This document shows positions 38,284-51,112 of a stretch of 64,000 nucleotides of DNA, piece after piece (position 1 is the first letter of the stretch; the number at the start of each line of letters is the position of its first letter). Location: positions 138,922 through 202,921 of the forward strand of contig NW_003314307.1 in the NCBI RefSeq assembly GCF_000143415.4, given 5' to 3'. The DNA comes from Selaginella moellendorffii. Taxonomy: Eukaryota; Plantae; Lycopodiophyta. Both the position numbers and the translations under genes were made by a program. The notes beneath the pieces are model-generated. The model searched no databases, had not been told where the DNA came from, and saw nothing but the letters and a program-made list of their open reading frames with translations.

Positions 38284-41200
38284 AGCAAGCTTAAGCAAAA
38301 TAGTTTAGCGTTTCACAGCTATCAATCCTACGATTTAGCACTTGTAAGACCATCATAACCAACATGTATCAAAATAAAGATTTTGACCACATGATGTGGA
38401 TAAGAGCAATGAGATCATACCTCATTGCGAATCATCTTTTGAAGAAGAGAAAATGATTTACATGTTTGATCCTTTGTCTCTAATAATTTTCTTTTTGAAC
38501 TCAACTTGACAAAACTCAAACTTGCATTTGCACTCCCTTTAGTCTAATCCAAGAAATGTTTATGAAAGAGCAAAATAATGACTACTTGAATCAATAAATT
38601 AATCCCTACAATCTTAATTGATCCACTCATAATCATACTTAGGAAAGATCCCTTAGTGTTGTGTTAAACAGCTATGGACCAACCTTTGCAAACCCAGGGG
38701 AGGTTTACTTTTACCTATGGTAACACAAAACCACTCATGGTAACATGGAAGCACTCATAGTAACCACCAATAAGCTAATATTAATCTTGCCAACTCAAAA
38801 TGTAACTTAAGTTGCTAATATGCCTTACTCACAAGCCCAAGTGCAAACTCATGGAAATGGAACATCTCACATCCATCTTATGAGCCCAAACAAAAACTCA
38901 TATGATCTAATATAAAAAAGTAACCAAAATCCATACCCAAGAGACATATTTGAAGTTTGTGAGGCACGAATCCCTAAGCCCCAAAGTAGAGCCGAAAGGG
39001 TGCCATGTGGTAGTGGCCAAAGCAAAAGCCAAACGAGCATAACACGTTTGGACTAAAAGGCTTCGACTTGAAAGGTTGAGAGCGGGAGTGGAACTCCCAA
39101 CGGAGTGCTCAAGGAACAAGCATGAAGCGAGCAATAAGTGAGGCTCCAAAAAGAGACCCAAAAGGACCAACACATGACACGTGGAAGTGTCTGCGATGGA
39201 GTCCGAGATGGACCCGAGTTGGAGTCCGAGGTGGAGTCCGAGATGGACCCGAGATGGAGTCTGAGATGGACCCGAGATGGAGTCCGAGATGGAGTCCGAG
39301 ATGGACTTGAGATAGAATCCGAGATGGAGTCCAAGAAGGACCCAAGATGGAGTCCGAGGTCGAGACCAAGACCGGGACTGAGACTGGGACCGAGACCGAG
39401 ACTGAGACCGAGACTGAGACTGAGACCGGGACCGAGACCGAGACCAGGGCCGAGGCCGAGACTGGGGCCGAGGCCGAGACTGGGACCGAGGCCGAGTCCG
39501 AGTCTGAGTTTGAGTCCAAGTCTGAGTCCAAGTTCGAGTCTGAGTCCGATTCCAATTCCGAGTCCGAGTCCGAGTCCGAGTCCAAGGCCGAGTCCGAGTC
39601 CGAGTCCGAGTCCGAGTCCGAGTCCGAGTCTGAGTCCGAGTCCGAGTCCGAGAGGGTGAAAGCCCAAAGCGTTTGTCTCCCAGACCCTGGGGGGTTTGGT
39701 GAGCTCCAAAAGTATAGTAACGGGGAGGACTGCAGTGGAGCCAATTTGGCCAGGAAAGGCCAGTTTGGCTCAGGAAGGCCAGACCCAGTGTTGGGTGATG
39801 AATTGACCACTGGGAAGTCCAAGACTAAAGTGAATACAGACCGACAAGCAGGGTAGCTTGGTGAAGTGTTCAAAAGCCGGCTCTAGTTCCCCCGGGAGAT
39901 CGACTGGCCGATGCTCCCAGTCCAAGTGTGGGTGGCACTACCTACTTGGATACCTGGTGTGGCTCAATTGAACCTCGCTCTAAGCCCATGGCTAAAGCAC
40001 CTAAAGGCGGAAGGTGGGGAGAGTACCCACGGGGCTCACGTAGGGCCACGGTGTTCCGAAATGTTGTCCCAAACTCCTAAATGGGGGAAAGGAGGAGGAG
40101 TAGTCCTCTAGTGTAGTGACTACGGATACGGTCACATGGTGAGGAAGTCCCAGAGGACAATGGGACTTAGTGGCCGGGCCTGCGAGCCTTGATCTAGTGG
40201 CAGTGTTGGTGAACATGGCCATTGATGGGAAAGGGACTTGGCAGGAACTGACAAAGGGAAGGCTATTCCCCATGTCTGTGGGCATCCTAAGGATGCTAAG
40301 GAGTGGATTTGGGATGACCACTCATAGACAGACAGCTTAGTCTTGGAGAGACGGGATTGTGATGCAAGTGGTATTGGACCACTAGTGCAGCAAAGGTGAA
40401 TGGGCATGGCCTTAGTGTAACGGGCCAATATGTCAATGGTACCTTTGGGTGTCGGTCTTGGGACTGGACACATGGAGCACTTGGACCAAGTGCAAGGGAG
40501 GAGTGGCATGGATGCCATTCTCGAGACTAACAAGTCCCAAGTCCTGAATTGGACTTAAGGAAGTCATGAATGAGACTCCTCCAAGGGGTCAGAGGTGTGG
40601 TTAAGTGATGAAAATAGAATGGAAAAAGTTATAGCAACCAAACATGTATCCACTCAGATTATCCCTTGGACACATAGGCTAAAGGCACTATAGTGAAACC
40701 CAAGTTTAGGGCTTTGGGCCACTAAACAAAGAGACAAAGCCAAACTCTTGAGCATATAGCCAAGGGGCATAGGAAATGAGAGCATGAAATAATTTTGAGC
40801 GTACAACCCAACGAGCAAAAGGATAAAACCATGGAACAACTCTTGAGTGTACAGCCCAAAGAATGAAGGGACATGAACAAGGAGTGATGTTGGAGCAATT
40901 CTAGAGCTCATAGCATCCCAACACCAAGACCAACATGCAAAATAGAGCTCAATGAAGTTTGAGGATATAGGTACTCTATTAACTACCATAGTATGGAGTT
41001 TGGGCTTGGACCCAAGCCAAACACAGAACAAGGACAAACACACAAGTGAGAGCTAAACTATACCTCAAGTTAATCTGCCATACTTGACCTATACATTTGA
41101 AACCTTCTATACCCCCCTCCCCCTAGAGGAACACATGCTTCAAGCTTTCACCCCAATCCCATGAGTTAGTCTATGGGATAATCACAAAAATTTACTAAAT

Positions 41201-41300
41201 ATGAAATGAGGCTAAATTGCAAATTTGGACATGAGAACAACACCATTGTGTTCAAGACAATCTCTACATTCCATAAATATGCCCAACTAGGATATCTAGA
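38284..41300 (-). mobile_element. Second diverged copy of family-B internal region plus partial B LTR (LTR remnant continues about 42579-42850)
   Basis: 38284-38955 homologous to 22990-23670; 40670-41300 homologous to B LTR. Confidence 0.7.
38958..40625 (+). mobile_element. Solo LTR family D with GAGTCC/GAGATG array; one terminus clipped
   Basis: Reverse complement of 45332-47064; TSD AAGTT at 38953-38957 and 40626-40630. Confidence 0.85.
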
Positions 41301-41309
41301 CAGCCAATG

Positions 41310-42573
41310 TGTTGTGAATGTGATTTCAAGTTTCGAAAGTTATCTATCGACTAGTTCTTTCAGATATTCTTTCCTTACTGCCATGATGGCAGAAAGAGGT
41401 TAGTATTGTTAGACTCTTTACAATCCCTCTTGTTCAAGTGTTAGTAAACTAGATTTTGCATCTGTACTTGGCCGGATGAGCATAAGGAAGGAATTCTTAA
41501 ATGTCTATTTAGCCAAACATACTTGGCCTGGCTTGTTAGCTCTTTTTTGCTCTGTTTTGCATTGCCTTGACAAAAACCCTCGCGTATTGAGACTAATCCC
41601 TTAATATCGCTAAATGATAGTTTATCGTGTTTGTCAAACACCCTCGCTATTATGCCTTTTATGTTAGTCTCATTTCGGTCCTAAATACTATTTATGAAAA
41701 TTATCTAGACTTGTTCATTTGGTATATCTATAGAATGTAAAGATTGTCCTAAACACAATGGTGCTCGTTCCATATCCAAATTTGCAATCTACGGACATTT
41801 CATATTTAGTAAGTTTCAAGCTTATCCTAGAGACTAACTCTTGGTACTAAGGGAGGCTTGGGGTAAAAGCCCAAAGCATGTGTTCCTCAAGAAGGGGGGG
41901 GGGGGGGGGGGGGGAAAAAAAAGGGTTTTTACTTGATAATAAAGATTGGGGGTAGGTTGGGCCCCATTGAATAAACTGAGGAAAAGGCTAGCCCCCCCTT
42001 GCAAAACTAACCCTGTTCTACATTTGGGTTGGGGCTAAGCCCAAATTTCATACCAAAATAGTTGGGGGAGTACCCAATCCCCCCGGTAAACCACTAGAAT
42101 GTTGAAAAAGGGCCAAAATCCGTTTGCCCCCATTTTGGGGGCCAACCTTGGCGTTAGAAAGTTGGATACTCCAGGACTGTTTTAAAACAGTCCAAGGGTC
42201 TGGCTTTTTGNNNNNNNNNNNNNNNNNNNNNNNNNNNNNNNNNNNNNNNNNNNNNNNNNNNNNNNNNNNNNNNNNNNNNNNNNNNNNNNNNNNNNNNNNN
42301 NNNNNNNNNNTTCATGCTTCTGTCTTTTTGCTTCTTGGGCTGTATGCTTGAAAGTCGCTCCATGCTTCAGTACCTTCACTCCTTAGTTCCATGCTAAGGA
42401 GTTTGTCTCCGTACCTTCGTTCAATGGCCCAAAGCCTTGAAACTTGAGTTCCACATGATTGTCCTTGAACATGTGGCATGTGACACATGGCATATAAAGG
42501 GTTTAGGTTCCACTTTATGTTTATCCTATAGTAAATCACCATATGATAAAGGGTAAAAACCATGTGCGCTATA
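41310..42573 (+). mobile_element. Solo family-B LTR, inverted, inserted in another B LTR (contains N gap)
   Basis: Reverse complement of 44828-47719 core; degenerate TSD caatg/caata. Confidence 0.8.
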
Positions 42574-43947
42574 CAATAGGACTAAATGGAAGTAACACGT
42601 GGGAGAATGATAGTGAGGGTGTCTTGGTATATACAGCAAGCTATCATTTAGCAAATATTGAGAGACCAAGTTTAATATTGTGGGTTCTTGTTAAGCCAGT
42701 GGAAGACAGAGCAAAAGAAAACTAAAAGTCAAGCCAAGTATGCTTAGCAAAAAACACAAAAAAGCTCTTACCTTATGTTCATCTGGCTAAGTATAGATGC
42801 TAAGCCTAATTTACTAACAGTTGAACAAAAGAGACTGAAAAGGGAACTAGCAATACCATACAGATAAACAAAAATAAGAGAAACATCAAAAGAAAAGAAA
42901 TTTAAAAAACTACAAAAAAGAAGGATATAAATGATGCAAAAACTACATCTAAACCAAAAGCATAAATCCAAACACTCTTCAGGGACAATTAGAGTTGCCC
43001 TTCAACTCCACCAATGTGAGTGCATAAAATATGAAAATGGAATATAGAAATTTATATATTCAATTAGCCCAAAAACCTTAGCTTATATACAAAAGTGGGG
43101 TTTGGATTGAAACCAATCCAATGACTATTGAATCCCACTATGCTAATATTAGTATATGGAATCATAGTTATACACTTGGATCTCACATATTCATATTTTA
43201 TTAAGTGTCTATTAACATGTATTTAAAATTTATATAGTANNNNNNNNNNNNNNNNNNNNNNNNNNNNNNNNNNNNNNNNNNNNNNNNNNNNNNNNNNNNN
43301 NNNNNNNNNNNNNNNNNNNNNNNNNNNNNNNNNNNNNNNNNNNNNNNNNNNNNNNNNNNNNNNNNNNNNNNNNNNNNNNNNNNNNNNNNNNNNNNNNNNN
43401 NNNNNNNNNNNNNNNNNNNNNNNNNNNNNNNNNNNNNNNNNNNNNNNNNNNNNNNNNNNNNNNNNNNNNNNNNNNNNNNNNNNNNNNATCATGGCAATAT
43501 AATGCTTGATCTGATGAGCACTTCTTTTGCTGATGATGATAAACTTTGTTTCAGGCCATGAGGTGCTAGAAGAACATCTGGGTAGTCTTGAAGAATTGCA
43601 AGGTTTATGACAGTGAGGCATCTGAATTTACATCCTTTGTGATACAATGGATTTGCTTGCTATACTTGAAGAAATGAAGGCTTCAAGAACTTTCACAAGC
43701 TACCTAGACATTTGTCTCCACCACAATTAAACCCATTCTTTTGGTGGCTACCAAACCTCAATCTTCAAACAACTCATCTATCCATAGGATCCTATAGTGA
43801 GCATTTCCAAAGATCTAATACTTCACATGGAACTCCAATTATATTTGTTATGTTATGATGTGTGTTATGATTTTTGTCAATTATAAATGTGAATTTTTAT
43901 ATAAAGATTATATTATGTTATGTTTACTGTGTATGTTATAATTATGA

Positions 43948-44035
43948 CTAGCAAGGAATCCAGCTCCACTCGAATAGATAGGAAATCTGTTACATTGGTG
44001 ACATGAATCCTAGAGAATTTCTTTGTTCAGAATGT
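43948..44035 (-). mobile_element. Helitron 3' terminus fragment (same family as 17152)
   Basis: Near-identical to 17152-17230; ends in CTAG on the minus strand. Confidence 0.75.
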
Positions 44036-44827
44036 TTTTTATATCATCCTTCTATATTTAAAAGATATTCAATCGAGATTCTTTATAAGCTTAATGGTGG
44101 AGATAAAGACACGTGGGATAAAAACAGTTGAGGGTGAAACATCTTTTTTTTAGGGTAAACCATTGTTTTTCAATGCATTTTCCAAGAGAGCGTATTTAGG
44201 CATTTCATCGCAGCTGCATGCCATGAGGTTCACTGCATGATTACATTGGTCCTTGCCTGGGTGTATTGCTTAGCTGTATGATGCCACACACGGCAGATAG
44301 ATTAGCTGAGTTGAAGTGGCAGGTTCAAGAGCATACGCCAGACGAAAGGGAAGATGAGGAAAGTCTTTGAGAGACACTTTGATGGTACATTTTCTCTTTC
44401 TTATGTTGTTCTTGTTGATGATTTCTTTAGGCTAGAGATATGTTGTGAGGTTTGGAGGTGACGGTGTTGTCAAGACATGATGCAGCTGCATACCTGGTTC
44501 AGATGTATGCATATACTCAGTGCTTCTTTACATGTGAGGTATGCAAGGTATGGCTTGTGTTCATCATTTCATCATGCATATTTTACTCTCTCTTATTATG
44601 TAAAATAAGGAGTACGTGCTTGGGCAGCTCATATGTGTTCAAGCAATGAAGAGACTACTTGGTGCTCCCAGATTTCTCATCCTGTCATGCCAAGGGCTTG
44701 CAACAAGATTCCTAGCATGCATATGGATCTAGGTTTCAAGATGATCTCTTATTTCTCTTGATCTTTGTGGCTAACTTGGTTCTTGTTGCATAGGAGCGAG
44801 TAATAGAGGCTTGTTTGGGAGTCCAAT

Positions 44828-47719
44828 TGTAGCGCACATGGTTTTTACCCTTTATCCTATAGTGATTTACCATAGGATAACACCACGAAGCAAAACCTAA
44901 ACCCTCTTTGTGCCACGTGACAGATGCCACATGTCACATGCCACGTGTCCAAAGGAATGTGGTGTGGAACCCGAGGTTCAGGGCCTTGGGCCACTGAACG
45001 AAGGAACGGTGCCAAATTCCCAAGCGTGGAGCCAAGGAATGATGGAACCGGAGCACAGAGCAACTCCTGAGCATACAGCCCAAAGAGCGAAGGGACAGGA
45101 GGCCAGAGTGACTTGGAACAGTCCTGGAGCAACCAGCATCCCAATGCCAGGACCAGCATGCAAAACGGAGCCAAACGGAGTCTGGCATTATTTCGGCATG
45201 TCGGTGGCCTAATGCGAGGACATGGGTACTCCACCAGCTAGCATGGTGTGGAACTTGGGCTTATACCCAAGCCGGACAAGCATGCAAGAATAAGGACAGG
45301 CACACAAGTGGGAGTTAGACTATGCCTCAGGTGTAAGGGACTAAATTTTCCATTCTACTTTAGTCACTTAATCACACCTTTGACCACTTGGAGGAGTCTC
45401 ACTCACAACCTCCATAAATCTCATTTTGGACCTGGGCTTGCTAGCCTCGAGATTGGCATCCTTGCCACTCAACCTTTGCACTTGGTCGAAGTGCTCCACG
45501 TGTCCGATCCTATGACCGACACCCCAAGGTACCATCGACATATCAGCCTGTTACACTAAGACTATGCCCCTTCACCTTGGTCACACTGGTGATCTAACAC
45601 CACCTGCATCATAATCCCGTCTCTCAAGGACTGGGCCATCCATCCATGAGTGATCATCCCAGATCCACTCCTTAGTATCTTTAGGATGCCCATAGACATG
45701 GGGATAAGCCTTCCCCAATACCCCTTTTCCAGTCCCCACCAAGTCCCTTTTTGTCCATGGCCATGTTTGCCAACACTGCCACTGAACCAAGGCCCACAAA
45801 CCCGATCACTAAGTCCCATGGTCCTTTGGGACTTCTTCCTCACACGATCGTATCCTTGGTCTCTACACTAGAGGATAACTCCTCTCCCTTTTCACAGACT
45901 AGGACTTTGGGGCAACATTTCGGAACACCATGGCCTTAAGCGAGCCTCGTGGGTACTCTCTCCACCTTCCACCTTTGGGTGCTCTAGCCATGGGCTTAGA
46001 GCGAGGTTCTGTTGAGCCATACCAGATATCCAAGTAGGTAGTGCCACCCACACTTGGACTGGGAGCATCGACCATTCGATCTCCCGGGGGAACTAAAGCC
46101 GGCTCTTGAACACTTCATTAAGCTACCCCACTTGTCGGTCCATATTCACTCTAGTCTTGGACTTCCCAATGGTCAGTTTATCACCCAACACTAGGTATGG
46201 CCTTCCTAGGCCCAACTGGCCTTTCATGAGGCCAAACTGGCCTTTCCTGGCCAAACTGGCTCCACTGGGCTCCAACCCCCACACTCTCCCTACTATACTT
46301 TTGGAACCCCCCGCAGCCCCCCCCTAGGGGACGATTGCTTTGGGCTTTCACCCAACAGCTAGTATTAGTATTCGGACTCGGACTCGAACTTGGACTCGGA
46401 CTCGGTCTCAGTCTTAGTCTTGGTCTCGGTTCCATCTCAGACTCCATCTCGGGTTTGTCTCAGACTCCATCTCGGGTCCATCTCAGACTCCATCTCAGAC
46501 TCCATCTCGGGTCCATCTCGGACTCCATCTTGGGTCCATCTTGGACTCCATCTCGGGTCCATCTCAGACTCCATCTCGGAATCCATCTCGGGTCCATCTC
46601 AGGTCCATCTCATACTTGATCTTGGGTCCATTTCAGACTCCATCTCGGGTCCATCTCGGAATCCATCTTGGGTTCATCTCAGACTCCATCTCGGGTCCAT
46701 CTCGGACTCCAACTTGGGTCCATCTCGGACTCCAACTTGGGTCCATCTCGGACTCCAACTTGGGTCCATCTCGGACTCCAACTTGGGTCCATCTCGGACT
46801 CCATCTCGGGTCCATCTCGAGTCCATCTTGGATTCCTCCACGTGTCACGTGTTGGTCCTTTTGGGTCCCTTTTAGGAGCCTCGCTTATTGCTCACTTTAT
46901 GCTCGTTCCTCGAGCACTTTGTTGGGAGTTCCACTCTCGCTCTCGACCTTTCACATCGGAGGTTTTAGTCCAAACATGTTATGCTCGTTTAGCTTTCGCT
47001 TCAGCCATTACCACGTGGCACCCTTTCGGCTCTACTTTGGGGCCTAGGGATTTTGTGTCTCACATCAAGTTGGTCAGCCATGCCCGACCTACCCACTATC
47101 CCTACTATACATTTGGAACCCCCCACAGCCCTCCCCCCCCTTGAGGAACACACGCTTTGGGCTTTCACCCTAAGCCTCATTTAGTATCAGGAGTTAGTCT
47201 CTAGAACAAGCTCAAAACTTACTAAATATGGAATAGCGCTAGATTGCGAATTTGGACACGGGATGAACACCATTGTATTTAGACAATCTCTACATTCTGT
47301 AGATATGCCAAATAAGCAAATTTAAACACTTTCCATAAATAGCATTTGGGACCAAAATGAGACTAGCACAAAGGGCATGATAGCAAGGGTGTTTGGCAGA
47401 CACGGTAAGCTATCATCCAGTAATATTGAGGGACTAATCTCAATATGCGAGGGTTTCTTGTCACTAGCTAGTGCAAGACATAACGAGATGGGAACTCCTT
47501 ACCAGGCTAAGTATGCTTAGCTAATAACATGTAGGAATTCCGTCCTTATGCTCGTCTGGTCTAAGTACACTCGAAATGCCCAATTAACTCCACTAGCACA
47601 AAAGGGACTGATAAAGAGTCCAGCAATACCGACCTCCTGCTGTCGTGGCAATAAGGAAAGAGTATCCGAAAGGACTAACCGATAGGTAACTTTCGATACC
47701 CAAAGTCACATTCGCGACA
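44828..47719 (-). mobile_element. Solo family-B LTR carrying a nested solo D LTR
   Basis: TGTAGCG...CGCGACA with perfect TSD CCAAT. Confidence 0.92.
45332..47064 (-). mobile_element. Solo LTR family D (1.7 kb) with ctccatctcgga array
   Basis: TGTAAG...CTCACA, TSD tcagg/tcaag; the empty site ctatgcctcaagttgg is seen in the LTR at about 24260. Confidence 0.9.
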
Positions 47720-48216
47720 CCAATGCTGGATGCTTCAAGATTTTGTTTCTTTTATTCGTGTCCAGACAACCAATGACATTTAGGCTAAACACTCTAAAGT
47801 CGTTTATTTGAACTCTTTAGATGCCATTAGAAAGGTTCATAAAATAATGTTTAGTTTGATAACTTCTCCAGTTTTCTTGTTTGTTTTAAATGCGAATTCA
47901 AACTAGTGGTAAGAAACTGACTCCACCATTTTCGGCCTGTCAAATCTCTTGGTTTTGGTGACATAGGAAGGTGAGTTTTTTCATAGTTGTTTCTTATATA
48001 TGGGATTAAAAAGCCTTTTTGTGATGCAAGTGTACATTTAGTAGAGTTGAAAGGTTCCTGCCAGTATTTTGCCATGAATAATAAGCAGAAACAAGGTGAT
48101 ATATCTGTCTTGAAACTTGCACTAATCTTTTGAACAGATTCATTGTACATGTGCTGAAAAAGAGATTCTTGGATTGATGGACCATCTTGCTTTCTAAATT
48201 GACTTTTTCCTTGCAG

Positions 48217-48336
48217 ATTGCAACTCATGTTTGCTTAGCAATAGACTTTTATCTTGCAGAGGAACTCTTTCTTCAAATGGAGAAACAACCACTAAAATTT
48301 GTTGATCAATGGATTGATCTCCAATCCAGTGTTCAG
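48217..48336 (+). pseudogene. Isolated exon fragment resembling phototropin/AGCVIII kinase domain
   Basis: ttgcag|IATHVCLAIDFYLAEELFLQMEKQPLK resembles the PHOT motif THxCLITDxxPGGELFxLLDxQP. Confidence 0.6.
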
Positions 48337-48949
48337 GTAGCATTTTTCCCTTTTTTGTTTTGTACTTGTAAGATCCAATTTTCACTGTGTTTTTTCTCTT
48401 TTCTCTCCAGTTGCAAGGGATTGTCATGAACATCAAGGGCAGAGCCTAAGATCTGTGTTGGTTGGCTTTGGGATCACATTGCCTCTAGGGACGTTTAGTT
48501 TATGAGACAATGATGGCAACTGTATGTTAGAAACAAATAAATTGCGAAGTTCACATTTCTGATTTGTGGTTGAAGGGGATGTTATTTCCTCTGATCACTT
48601 GTCACAATATTTCCTAGAATTTATATTTATATTTATATTAGTGGTCTTCTATACAAACACTAAGGGTAGTTAAGTTTTTCTCTTTAGGTATTTTAAGCAA
48701 TGGAAGAGAATGTTGAGAACCAGGAAATTTGGAAGTTTCATAAGCATCAATGTCTTAAAGTTAATGGCAGATGTTAATCCTTTTGCCCTACATCACATGG
48801 AGAGGCAGAGGGCATAACATTTATTTATCTCACAGATGACATGTGCAAGTTCATCAGTATCGACAAAATATCTGGACATGGCAACACTTCCAAGGTTCTA
48901 AAGAATGTTATCATAGTGACATCCAATTTTAGAAGTCAATATTTATTTA

Positions 48950-51112
48950 ATACTCAAAGAAGTATCTAGGCAAGAAACTCTTAGATCAGAAATTGGTGCT
49001 ACTATAAGAGATTTCTCCTTAGAGGAGGATGTTGCTTATAAAATTGATTAACCAAGAAATTATATTTTATATATTTCTTGTGATCAACCACTTGAGCAAA
49101 TCAATTTAGCAAATGAGAATAATACTCATACTGTCACAATTGTTCAAGGATTGCAAAGTGAATTTCACAATCAGGCTATAAATCTACTAAAAGACTATAA
49201 AGACATTTTTGCCTAATCTTACATAGATTTAAAAGGCATCCCGGCAGAACTCTATATACACCATATTCAAATATTCTCAGGAAATATGCCTAAAAGGCAA
49301 ATGCCCTATAAAATGAATCTTAATTACTAAAGTAAAGTTATGGAAGAAATTGATAAAGTTCTCAAAGCAAGATTCATCTATTCAATCGAAAATGCTCAAT
49401 GGCTTTCATCACTTGTAATTATGCTTAAGAAAAATGGTAAATTACGAGTTTTTAAATTACAAAAAGTTAAATGATGCAATAAAAAAGGATAAAGTAACAT
49501 CTAAAGATCAATATAAAACGGCTTTTATAAGCTTATGGGGAGTTTATGCCTATTATAAAATGCCTTTTGGTTTATGCAATACTTCTTTTACATTTCAAAG
49601 AGTTGTTATGGACACTTTTAGAGAATATCTCATATATTTCATGAGAGTTTTCATGGATGATTTTAGTGTTTTTAGCTCCATAAAGGAATATTTAATTTGC
49701 TTGTAAAAATATTTCAAAAAATATAGAGAACATAACATTTTTCTTAATCCAGAGATGTAGCGCACCTTATATCTCTCCTTTTAAGCCAATTGGAAAAGGG
49801 GCAATTGCTTGATGAGAGAGCTCTTAGTGGCTATTTTATCCCCATTTATCCCTTAAGGTTCCAAGGATCCACAGTGACAGTATATCCAAATCTCATCCCA
49901 TGATCACATATGTTACATTCACCCCCCTTTAGAAATGTCAATTTCTTCATTAATTATTGATTAGCAACCCCTACTGAGCCAAGGGAGAACCAACACCTCC
50001 ATTTCTGCATTAAATTTACCAATTTTTCTATTGTGTAAACCAACTATTCCATGTGAGGCAACTAATCATCCACCCGTACCGCAGTTCCACAGTGGATACT
50101 TTTGTCCGTGGATACTCCACACAAAAGGAAGGACGTACGCACGGATGCCCAATATATACAATTTCAAATTTATGGGTGGAAATATATTTTGCTCAAAGGT
50201 ATATTATATTTTTAAGTAGCCACTAATCAATGGGAATCAAACTCGTGCCATTTGCTTCGATACCACATTTAGTGCACCTTATCTCTCTCCTCTTAAGTCA
50301 ATTAGAAAAGGGGCAATTGCTTGATAAAAGAGCCTTTAGTGGCTATTTTATCCATATTTATCCTTCAAGGTTCTAAGGATCCATGGTGACAGTATATCCA
50401 AAATGATCATATGCGCTACAAGAGAAATGTACTTTCTTTGTAAATTTGGACATACTTTTAAGTCATATTGTATGTAAGGAGGGTATTCTTATAGACAAAA
50501 ACAAAACTCAAGTGATTGAGACTATGTCTTAAAAAGTCTTTATTGCTTTATAGGCAAAGTTGACTATTACAAATGATTTGTAAAAGCTTATGTAAAAATT
50601 GCCAAGCTAGTTATTGATATTTTAAAAAAAGATACTCTATTTATATGGAATGAAAATTATCAAGAAGAATTTTTAAGGCTTAAAGAATTCCTCAAAAAAG
50701 CACTTATGCTTATTAAGCTCAACTGGACAAAAGAGTTTCACTTACAGATAGATACTTCTGATATTGCCACAAATGCAATATTATCCTAGACACAAGGTGA
50801 TCGAAAAGATCATCTTATCTACTATGCTACTAAACATTTAAATCTTGCTGAGTATGACTACACAACGACTGAAAAAGAAGCCTTATACATAGTTTACACT
50901 TTACAAAACTTTAGGCATTATCTTTTAGCAACAAAAGTAATTGTCTTTGCAAGGCTCTTTTATATCTCATCAACAAGCCTTGCATATTTGCTCGACTAAC
51001 TAAATAGTTTTTACTATTACAAGAATATAATCTTGACATAATACATAAACCTGGAAAATTCTATGAATAAACTAATTACCTAAGTCACATCACTACAGAA
51101 GAGTTACATAAT
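48950..51112 (+). mobile_element. Highly decayed non-chromovirus gypsy (Athila/Tat-like) RT-RNase H
   Basis: DIFA*SYIDLKGIPAEL, WGVYAYYKMPFGLCN, FMDDFSV, YTTTEKEAL, NYLSHI. Confidence 0.8.
49756..50420 (-). mobile_element. Complete TRIM (665 bp)
   Basis: LTRs 49756-49917 and 50268-50420; PBS TGGTATCGAAGC; PPT AAAGGGGGGTGAA; TSD AGAGA; splits RT peptide LNPE|KC. Confidence 0.93.

Noticed and set aside
39053-39873. ORFs with SD, ES/ET, GL or SP dipeptide repeats (also 27134-27448, 33518-33832, 46390-47144)
   Set aside because: Translations of hexamer arrays inside LTRs, open in several frames; not genes and not CRISPR (no unique spacers).
41885-42210. Apparent hyper-divergence after a poly-G run
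   Set aside because: Looks like low-quality read sequence next to an N gap.
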